Positions 17,419-31,901 of a DNA stretch of 64,000 nucleotides are shown one piece after another. Source of the stretch: the human T2T-CHM13v2.0 reference genome, Homo sapiens; assembly GCF_009914755.1 (NCBI RefSeq), contig NC_060928.1. One strand, given 5' to 3'. Position numbers and translations under genes: made by a program. A model generated the notes under the pieces. That model ran no database searches and was not told where the DNA came from. It saw only the letters and a list, made by a program, of their open reading frames with translations. Every line of letters starts with the position of its first letter. Position 1 is the first letter of the stretch.

Positions 17419-19221
17419 GGGGGGTAAAAGTCAACAGACACAGGAAAAGATTGAACAGTGCAAAGCTGACCGATCTGAAACGCCAGACTAATTGGCCCCT
17501 TTCAAAGACCACTGCAAGAAACTGGAGAAATGCTTAGAAAACGTTCACTTTGTATTCTCCGTGAATAATTACAGAAGAGAGAGAGGGAGACACTGCAGGT
17601 GGGCCTCCCTCTGTGGCTTCCTCATGGATGCCTGAGTCACCCACAAGCAGAGGAGCAGGGCTGGGCCCGGGTATCGGAGCTGGCGGCAAGACCACATGGG
17701 AGAGCCCCACCCTCCGCGCTGCCTGACACTGCATAGGTGGCGACCCTGTGGCAGCTCTGACCGTCCCTTTCTTTTTCATGGTTGTGTGTGATAACTGATC
17801 AACCCAGAACGGAAGGAACAGGTGGGAAATGTACAAGCATGGGTCACGGGGTTGGGGGGCCGGACCTTGAGTCACATCAGATAACGCGCCCGTCCCAGGT
17901 CTCCCAGCCCACGGTGAAGCCAGCACTGTGAGGCCAGCTTTAGTCTCCCAGCGTTTACACACAGGAACATGCTTTGCAATTTGAGACACACAAATCTGTG
18001 GTCTGGACTTGCTATCTTTGAGGATCAGCAAAGAATTGTCTGGCTCCCGGGATGTTTTTGTGCTGCAAAGCAGAAACACAGTTCTGGGTACTTCTCCATT
18101 TTGTCCTGTCAGGAAGGAAACATTTTTAAAAGTCACCCCATGTTCATGATCTTGAGAAATCCCCAGCAGAGTTAATAGACATCACAAGAACTGCAGAATC
18201 AACAACAATGTGTGTTTCTTTCCTCTCTGTGGCCATGTGCCCAGAGTGAGAGATGTAATATAAGAAGCAGAGAAAATTAGAGATGGAAAAAATCGCAGAG
18301 AGGGAATGACTGGCCAAGATGTGAATCCTAATAGCAAATGGAGATGCTTGTAAGCATTCACAGCAGCAAGCACTTGCCGAAATTGCTACTCATACCAGGA
18401 GTGTAAGTTCTCCGCACACAATTATGTGAACAGCACAGTAGGTGAGGTGATATGGGACTATTCTCAGAAATGATCTGCTCTTATTTTGCACAAGAAAAAT
18501 CAATGTAAGGAAAATATTGTCATATTTATCCATCAAACGTCATGCAATGTTCAATGAGATTTTTATATGATTTTAAAGACATCCTTTTTTATATGTCAAT
18601 CCCCATATGATCTGCCAGCAGGATTTACACATCACTGCACACATTATAGTGAGAACACAGAAATTTTATTTTAACTCTGATTGGGTCTACAAGATCTTTG
18701 CATTCTTTTCCTGAAGAAAAATAGCTTTTTCTTTCTTTTTTTTTTTTTTAACAGAAGAGGGGAAAGGGCCAGGATGGCTGCCAAGAACTTCTTGGTTTGG
18801 TTCCAAAGCATTTTGAGCAGAATCTCTCAGAATGTCAAATGTAACGTCCCGTTCAGGGATTCAGTGGGATTGTTGGTGATGTGAGAAGAGATTGGGAAAT
18901 AGAAAGTTCTTTCTCAGTTCTTCTCTCTGCTATAGTAGAGACTGTTGACTTCTACTTCTGGAAACTCCTCTCTTAGCTTCAGGACTTATTCTGATCCTCT
19001 CTTCCTACCCTGTTACCAAAGGAAAAAAAGAAAAAAGCTTCTATGACAGTCCTCTTCATGATGCGGTTAACTCTCTGTGTTTTCAAACCACAGCCATTGG
19101 TCACTGGCTTGTCCACCTACATATACCCCTTTTCCTTAAGGCAAAGAGTTCGAGATCACCCAACTGGTATTTTTCTGTCACCCTACTTTAACTCAAGATT
19201 CATATTTTCAGCTGCCTATAA

Positions 19222-19650
<429 letters not shown>

Positions 19651-19864
19651 ACCTGCATCCCTTTCAAAGTCTCCACCATTGCCACAGTCATCTTGCTATA
19701 AATCTTAGGTGTAATTTTTTTTTTCTCCTCCATTTGCTGTATTCATTTGGCTATCAATTCCTATTGGCTCTTTTTTCTAAAATATTAGTATCTCTTCTAG
19801 CTTTACTTTCCTCTCCACTCCTCTGCCACCTGCTGTGGTATAACTCTTTGTGATCGCTTCATGA

Positions 19865-20580
<716 letters not shown>

Positions 20581-20737
20581 CACAATACCTTTTACTGTAT
20601 TAGCCAAACACAAAATGGATTGTGAGAACTCACTCAATAAATCTGTAATTGGTTTTTAAATATAATAGGATAGAACACATGTATATTAATTTTAGGCAAA
20701 TAAAAAGTATATTTCAGCCCTTTAAGAATGTGAATCT

Positions 20738-21464
20738 AGCCAGGCGCAGTGGCTTACGCCTGTAATCCCAGCACTTTGGGAGGTCGATGCGGGTGGATCA
20801 TTTGAGGTCAGGAGTTCGAAACCAGCCTGGCCAACATGGTGAAACCCTGTCTCTACTAAAAATACAAAAATTAGCTGGGCGTGGTGGTACATGCCTGTAA
20901 TCCCAGCTGCTTGGGAGGCTGAGGCAGGAGAATCGCTTGAACCTGGGAGGTAGAGTTGCAGTGAGTTGAGATCGCGCCACTGCACTCCAGCCTAGGTGAC
21001 AGAGCGAGACTCTTTCTCAAAAAAAAAAAAAAAAAAAAAATCTGAATCTAAATGGAATAATTTGTCTTTTCCCCACACTGATTTAGCTGTGATGTCCTCT
21101 TTTATTATTCCAGAATCCTGATCATGACTTGGTTACAACTAAGACTAAAGAGATAGAAAAGGCCAAAACAAACTACAAAAACAAAAACAAAAAAAAACAA
21201 TGGCCGGGAGCAGTGGCTCAAGTCTGTAATTCCAGCACTTTGGGAGGCCAAGGTGGAAGGATTGCTTGATCCCAGGGCAACATGGCAAAACCAAGTCTCT
21301 ACAAAAAATTTAAAAAAAAATTAGCGGGGCATGATGGCATGTGCCTGTCATCCCAGCTACTCAGGAGGCTGAGGTGGGAGGATTGTTGAGCCCAGGAGGT
21401 CAAGGCTGCAGTGAGCTGCCTGGGCAACAGAGTGAGACTCTTTCTTTAAAAAAAAAAAAAAAAA
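20738..21464 (+). mobile_element. AluSx (20738-21040) and deleted AluJ (21202-21464)
   Basis: Alu bodies with poly(A); TSD tgaatcta around the first. Confidence 0.88.
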
Positions 21465-23144
21465 TGCTTTTCAGATGGGAATTTATGGGGAGTAGTTGAG
21501 AATACCATTTCTGGATGAGGACACTTGGACTATTCCAGCGGACATCCAGCTCCATTACCAACACCACCACTGAAGAGAGTGTTGGGGGCTGGGGAGCGGA
21601 AGAGAGGAGGGTAGGGTCGGCAGAGATGCAGACATAGGGAGACAGACAGGGAGAAGGTGAGATAAGGGAGAAATAGAAGAAATAATCCAAAACATAGGAC
21701 TTTTTTTTAGAAGAAAATGTAAAAATGCATTCTCTGGCATAAGGAACAGTTTAGGATCATAGGGTAAGATTTTGATTTTAAATGTTTTGAGGCCATTTTC
21801 TTTAGGCCTAAGCCACTGGGTAGATTTAGATGGTGGGAGAGATTATTACAGCTTTCTCATGGGAAGCATTTCCTTTGCGATACCCTCTTCTTGAAAGCTT
21901 CACTCACTTCGGTTTTATTATAGGGAATGACTGATAATATGCCAATCCCACACATCTGTCTCAGTGGGTAAATAAATCACAGGAAAGAAGAATTTTGGTT
22001 TAAAGGGTAGAAATTCCAGCCCGACTTTGATTTCTGCAACCATCAGCACATCATAGGAATCCCACAATTGCTACCCCAGTAGAATGGGTAGTGCCAGCTA
22101 TATATGGAGCCTGCCTTATTGCCATGGTGGCCTGTGCCACAGGGGGAGGCAGGCAGCTCACACCTCCTCAGCCCCGCAGGAGCTCAGCAATTCCTTTCCA
22201 GGAAGGAATGAAGGAAGGAAGGATCCTTCACTCCTTACCTGGGAATTGTGTCCTTGCAGGTTGCTATTTTTCATGGGCTTGGCTGCTTGAGCACCCTGGG
22301 GGCCCATATAATACATGAACCACTTTTCAGCACCATGTCTCTTAAATTATTCTCTGTGTCCATCTATATTTACTGTACAGAGATGGTTTCAACAAACAAG
22401 GTGGTCTCATTTGATATGGAGTTAAAGCCAGCAGTTGCTTTGCACAGAAGATCCACAGATTTGGTGGTGCTGTTATTTTTTAATGTTTATCTAAAACATA
22501 AAAAGGATTTTACTCATGGGATCCTCACCCACACCCCCCAGTTCTCAGTTAGAATCTGTTTTTAACAGGAGCTCTTACTAAACCTTAGTAAGAAAGGAAA
22601 AAAAGAAAGAGGAGTTACAAATTATGACTCCAGGGGCTGGCTGAATTAGCTTATATTAGAGAGTGAGCTGGCGGCAGGTATCAGTCTTTACTGTGTTTCT
22701 GCCTCTAGGGAGTTTGTTGAATGTGCTTTTGCGATGTAATTTATAAGGAAATTGGTTTTACCCAAAAGGACGTTTTTGCTTTATGTCTTGCAGCACCGTT
22801 GAGTGCTTAGAAAAAAGGAGAAGGTAATTCCATTAAGCTTTCAATTTTCACTGGCAAAAGAAATGAACTAGATGTGATTGGAAAGATAAGGCACTGGCCT
22901 TCACTTGAATGACCTTGCTACAGGGGTTGGGGAATAAGAAGCATGGCCTTTGTTCCAGAGATGTCATTTCATGTTTAATTAGAGGGCCAGAGTGCCATTT
23001 TTCTTCTTTATAAACCCCAATCTCACCCTGCTGAGAAAATATCCATTAAGTTCACAGTAGGCAGATCATCGGATCATCATCCTAACAATTTTGGGAGTCA
23101 TGTGCTCATGCTGGTGACGCTTCGTGAACTAAAGAGCATGGGCA

Positions 23145-24562
<1,418 letters not shown>

Positions 24563-24582
24563 CAGTATTTTATTCTCTAAAA

Positions 24583-25018
<436 letters not shown>

Positions 25019-25109
25019 CTCTAGGAAAGATGGATAAAGTAGTTCTCCTATGCTGACATTTATGTATTCAGAATGCCCATTTATGTAGCAATTCAAATTC
25101 AATTTTTAA

Positions 25110-25426
<317 letters not shown>

Positions 25427-26542
25427 CATCAGACTGTTCTAGCTATCAATTAGGCCTTGCGATTTCATGGCCACCTGAATGCAACAGATTGGTCTCCTTC
25501 AATGGTGCATCTTCATTGACTCTACCTTCAAATATAATTGAATTCTCTTAAACTTGAGAATCTGCAGAAAGAGCTATAGAAAGCTTATAGTCATAGTGCC
25601 AGCAAGGACCCTCTGAATTTCACATCTTACTTGCTTTCTGCTTTGTTGAGAGAAGTCTTGTTTTTCGTTGTTTCTATTCACCCTTCTGCCTGAAGAAGCT
25701 CTATTGAGGGGGTGTGGCATTAAGGCTGGAAGGCTGCTTTGTTCCACACGAACCAACAGGAGTGGGCAAGGTCTATGAGCTGATATTTGCCAAGCAGACA
25801 ACCCTTGCACTTACTCTCTCATCTTCCAATACCTGGATGCCAAGCTACGTGTTGAAGATCTGAGTCTGTTTCCATGGACGTGTAAGTAACGTGCTTAACT
25901 AGAACTGCTGACAACCCCTCTGGCAGCTTCTGTACCAGGAGACACAGGAGTGACAGCCACCTGTGGAAGTCCTGCCTTGTTTCAGGTTTGTCCTCAGATG
26001 AGATCCCAGTTTGGATGCGTGTACCATAGGTTCACCTTTGGTTGATACTTTTCCTGAACTTCACACCATTGGAAGGAGCCTCTCAGGGGTTCTGCATCTT
26101 GGGAATACATGCAGAGGCCCCAGTAGCATCTTACTACTGATTTAGATACATGTCCAATTTATATTGTAAGGCCTTTTTCATGGGTTCCATTGCACCATAA
26201 AATATGTCAGTTGGTTCTCAATTTCCCAAATGGCAAAGAAGTAGAAGTTAATCCTTTGTGGAAAGGCAACCTCAGGGCTATCTTGAATCCTTAAAGGTAG
26301 TGTGTTCTGAATACTTATTAAAGGAGGAGAAATTCGGTATGACTGTCTAAATGATGTCATTTTTCTGTCTGCTTTTGAACTCAGTCATTAAATAATTAAT
26401 AATTCTCACCAAAGTGGGTATCCCTTGTTTTCTAAGTTAATTTCAAATATCTCATTTTCCTAAAGCAATTTTAATATTTGTCTCCTCCCTTCTTCACTCT
26501 CCCTTCAAATATACAGCTTCCATAGGTCAAGGGCTTTATTTT

Positions 26543-27099
26543 TGATACAGGAGTTAAGAAGAAATTACTTAGATAGACAGTGAGGGTAGGTAAGTCCTTG
26601 GGTGAGGCTTTTATTTTTAATGAAAAACAGCCCCAAATCATTTTTTAACAAAGAGCAGCCTGTAAAATCTAGTTGCAGGCATAGATGCCGGCAGTTGTGC
26701 CAATCATGTTCAAGATGGCAGCTCCATCTTCCCTTCTCTTTGTCAGCCACATGTAAAGTAAAGAGGAGACAAGATGGCCCCGGGCCAAGGGAAAAGTTCA
26801 TTTGCATAATAAGATTAGGGTGGGGTGGCCAGCCTTCCATGCACACTATGCAAACCAATCTGTGAGCCTTATGTAAATCAGACACCGCCACTTCAAACCT
26901 GACTATAAAATCCAGCACATCCCCTGCTGGCCGGTCTTTTTCCTCTTGGAAGTCCCCTCTCTCTCACTAGAGAGCTGCTTTCCTTTCTCTTGTCTATTAA
27001 ACCTCCACTCCTAAACTCCTCGTGAGTGTCTGTGTCCTAATTTTCCTGGGGCGAGAAGACAAACTCCAGGTATTTACCCCAGACAATGTAGCCACTTCA
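26543..27099 (+). mobile_element. LTR9-like (HUERS-P3 group, ERV1) solo LTR
   Basis: tgatacaggagttaagaagaaattac...ccagacaatgtagccacttca; TG..CA ends, CCAAT, TATAAAA, attaaa. Confidence 0.75.
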
Positions 27100-27149
27100 C
27101 TTTGATGTGTCTGTTTTCTGATGAGACTTTAATGTACTTTAAGTTAGCA

Positions 27150-27810
27150 CAAGGTCCCATCTTCAATGGTAATGCAACCATCATTCCAGTTTCTTTCGAG
27201 TGTATCTTTCCAGATATTGTATTCATATAGAAGTTTATTGGTATATATATTCTCTCCCCTCCTTTTACTAAATGGTAGCACACTCTACCTTATCTTTTTT
27301 GTTTAGCTATCTCAGAGATGTTTCCATACCCATGCATAAAGAATTTCCTCATTCTTTTTTATGGTTATGCAGTATACTGCTGTATAGATTTACCATAATC
27401 CATTTAACCATTTCCATATTGGTAAACATTTAGGTTGTTTCCAATATTTTGCTATTATAAACAACACTGCAAAGAATATGGTACTGTCATTTTACACTTG
27501 ATGAATAAGTATATTGGAACAAATTCTTAAAAGTAGAATGGGTAAACAACACTTGTAATTTTGGTATTTTCTATCTATATTGCCTTCCCTATACATTGTC
27601 ATCAGCAAAATACTGAATGTCCCTCATTTAGCCAACATTTCAAATTTTTAGAAATTTCCCATTTTATAGGTAAAAAGTATTTCATTGTTGTTAATTGCAT
27701 TTACATTACGAATTAGGTGGAACATCTTTTAGTGTATATATATATAAATAATATAGAAATAATATTTACATAAAAAATATATTTTTAATGAACTGTCAGT
27801 TTATATTGAT
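27150..27810 (-). mobile_element. Old L1M 3'-end fragment (probably continues ~29960-30235)
   Basis: taggttgtttccaatatttttgctattataaacaacactgc, typical antisense L1M. Confidence 0.7.
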
Positions 27811-27991
27811 ACCAGTCAGGTTGGTGGTGGCTAAGACTACAGTAGCTTGGACTCAAGAGGTTTATTCTCAAATAAATCATATTTAAAGATGAGTAGTTCA
27901 GGCTGGCATGAAGGCTCAAGTTTACTAGGGTATCATGTTCCTTCCTTCTTTCTCCAACAAATTAGTACATCTCTTGCATCTTAAAAGTCAC

Positions 27992-28603
27992 TGTTATATG
28001 TAAAACGTTTATTTAGAAACAGAATGCTTGTTCCTTGGTACTGCAAGGAAAAATCAGCATTCAGACAAAAAGTTCTCTCAGTGAGACAATTTTACTTTCT
28101 GCAGAAAGGGTGCTCTTCGCAGATGGAACAATGGCGAGAGCACACCTGAACAAAGGAGGGAAGCAATTTTTATCCCTTACGCAGCTTGTCCCTGCTACTG
28201 TGTCCTGTGTCCACTGGCTGGAGCCAGACCGCACAATCTAAACTAAAACCTGACTGGCTAATAATTTAAAACTGTCCTAAATAGGTAAAGGCAAGGGAGA
28301 ACGAAGGAAAAGAGGAAGTTGCTTATGCCAAATAGGGAAGGGGCATAAGCTGCAAGCTGGAACGTGCCTGTGAGCATGTCTAGCACAAATATCTTGGTTA
28401 AGGTACAAAGACATAGAATGTCTTATGTGCCTTGTGAGCATGTCTAACAGCTACATAGGCTAGGGCTTAACAAAGAGTTATTAGCACAAAGCAAGGAGGC
28501 TTGGAGGAAGTTAGTCTTTAAATTATTTCTAACATTTATGATTTATTATTATCCTTTAACAAGAAGGGAAACTTTGAAGAGGAAACTATATTTACTTTCT
28601 ACA
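27992..28603 (-). mobile_element. LTR10-family (HERV-I group) solo LTR
   Basis: Minus strand begins TGTAGAAAGTAAA and ends TATAACA; carries GAGCATGTCT p53-type half-sites. Confidence 0.8.
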
Positions 28604-28635
28604 ATTCTACAATAAATTGCTTTTATTTAGAAAGG

Positions 28636-28768
28636 GTGCTCTTGCCATTGTTCCATCTGCTAAGAGCACCCTTTCTGCAGAAAGTAAAATTGCCTTGCTG
28701 AGAGAACTTTTTGTCTGAATGCTGATTTTTCCTTGTAGTACCTGGGAACAAGCATTCTGTTTCCAACA
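28636..28768 (+). repeat. Inverted copy of the LTR10 R/U5 end
   Basis: 28636-28763 is the reverse complement of 28016-28143 (120/128 identical by hand alignment). Confidence 0.92.
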
Positions 28769-28828
28769 GTCACCTATGTTCTCACAATAACTATAAAAAA
28801 AAAAACTAAAAAAAAATTTTTTTTTAAG

Positions 28829-29932
<1,104 letters not shown>

Positions 29933-30924
29933 ACGACAATTGGCAATTTCTGTCACAAATCCTTGGTTAGTGTTACTTTGGGTTTTTTTTCTTATTTGTA
30001 GAAGTTTTTTTTTATATGTAAAGGAAATTATCTCTTTGCCTGCTACAGGACTTACAAATGATTTATTTCATTGTTTATTCTTTTGACTTTGATTATGGTG
30101 TTTTGTCATGTAACTATTTTGATATTTTGTACAATTTATCAAGGTTTTCTTTTTTTTACAGTTTCTAAATTTTGAATCATATTTAGGAATGCCCTCTCAT
30201 GCCAAAGTCTATCATGGCTTCTTCTAGTACTTTCACAAGGATTCAGAGCTTGAAAGATTCAACCCCAAGGTCAGAGACCTCTTGGAACCAAATTTCGTAT
30301 CTAAGGTGTAGGCAATAGAAGTGGCAGCTGGCTCACTGGTTACTGGCTGGGATAATTCCATTATCTTTGGAGACTTATTAGAATAGTCTGACTCTATAAT
30401 AGTATTGAATGGGACTCAAAGATTAATGCCACTCGCAGGTGCCTGCAGCATGGTTACAGAGCCTGGATGGCCATAGTACAGTAAGAATTTGCACTGAGTG
30501 AGATGCAGGTGGTGTTTCTGAAATGGAAAAGTAGCCAAATCAGAAATTTATTAGTAGGAAACACAAAAGGAATCCAAGGGATGTTCATCTGTAAACCTGA
30601 GAGAAGGTATTTTAAAACTGTCGCTGTTCACATTGGCAGGTGACTACTCACTCTAATAGCTCCTTCCTGCCTCTGGTGATACTAATGGACAGGGCAAAGT
30701 TCCCCAGCATACCCCATTACAGCCTGCAGCCACAGGGAGTTAGCGAGGGCTACACCCCTTTGCCTGGACATGACTAATCTCTTATAAATATCTTATTGAT
30801 TTTGGTAGGCTGCTAATTATTTTTCCTGGAAAAAAAGTAATTTAAATAGGATGTGACATTGATAATGACATAGTTTGATTCAAAACACATTTTTAAAAAT
30901 TTGATGAATACACACAAAGAGTTG

Positions 30925-30987
30925 TTAGTCAAACATCTATTAAACTTAGTCAAACATCTATTAAACTTAGTCAAACATCTATTAAAC
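30925..30987. repeat. Perfect 3 x 21-bp tandem repeat TTAGTCAAACATCTATTAAAC
   Basis: Units at 30925, 30946 and 30967 are identical. Confidence 0.95.
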
Positions 30988-31901
30988 ACAATTTCCAAAG
31001 CCGAATTCTAATGTTGTTTATAGCTCTGGATTGAAATATTCAGAGAATTGAATGTTCTTCTGGAGGTATGCAAATATGTTCTATTATAGGAACAGAAAGT
31101 TAAATGCATAGCAGTTGGAAACATCACCTTAATTTGTTCCTTCTAAAACCAATCAGACCCTGAAAAGCATTATATCATATACTCCAAGAGAGTGAGATGA
31201 ATATTTGAAACCAGAGATAAACTTAATGCCACACATTAAAATAGCACTTTTCAAAAACAGTGAGATTATCTCCTTTGCTCCTCATCCTCACCCAGTGGGG
31301 TAGATGGGACACCAAAAGGAGGAAACTAAGTAATAATCAACTTGCCCAGGTGGCTACAGAGATAGTTTTTGGAAAAGCTACAATACAACCTAGAATTCCT
31401 GATTTTCAATTCTGATAAGTCATTTGACAGTAGCCAAAAGTTAATAAGAAAATAGTTTTTAACATGACTTACATGGGCCTTTCATTTCATGGGAAATTAA
31501 AACCATGGTGAATCTAAAGATTTTGTCCCCAAGCCATGCTGAGACTTACGGGTTATCATACTATTGGTTGATAGGTCTGCTTTTCCTTCTATGGCTAAGA
31601 CAACTAGCACTCACCAGATTATTTTAGTAACTGGAAGAGGAAGAGGGGAACACAAGTGCCATACATGACCTCGTGCGACTCCACAAACTCTTTTTAAGCT
31701 TCTTGGAGAAATAAACAAGGTTTGTTAGTTGCAGAGGTAAAATGTGTCATAATCACCAAATTGATTCCTGTAGACATCTTCCGCTTGAGATGTATGCAAA
31801 GAATTTTTGTGAGGTACAAATTAGGTCAAATGTGTCCCGTGTTTTTTGTTTTGTTTTGTTTTTTTAAAAAGCAAAATTTTAAGGACTGACACAAGGGACA
31901 T

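Noticed and set aside
17534-18136. Longest non-Alu ORF (200 aa, minus)
   Set aside because: Non-ATG start, no recognisable domain; explained by local GC richness
18725-18886. Poly-pyrimidine + AACAG ... GTGAGA resembling a plus-strand exon, or a minus-strand retrocopy
   Set aside because: No partner exons and no convincing TSD; cannot be supported without RNA data
30813-30998. ORF with repeated NRCLTKF, or a CRISPR-like array
   Set aside because: Simple 21-bp tandem repeat with no spacers in eukaryotic DNA
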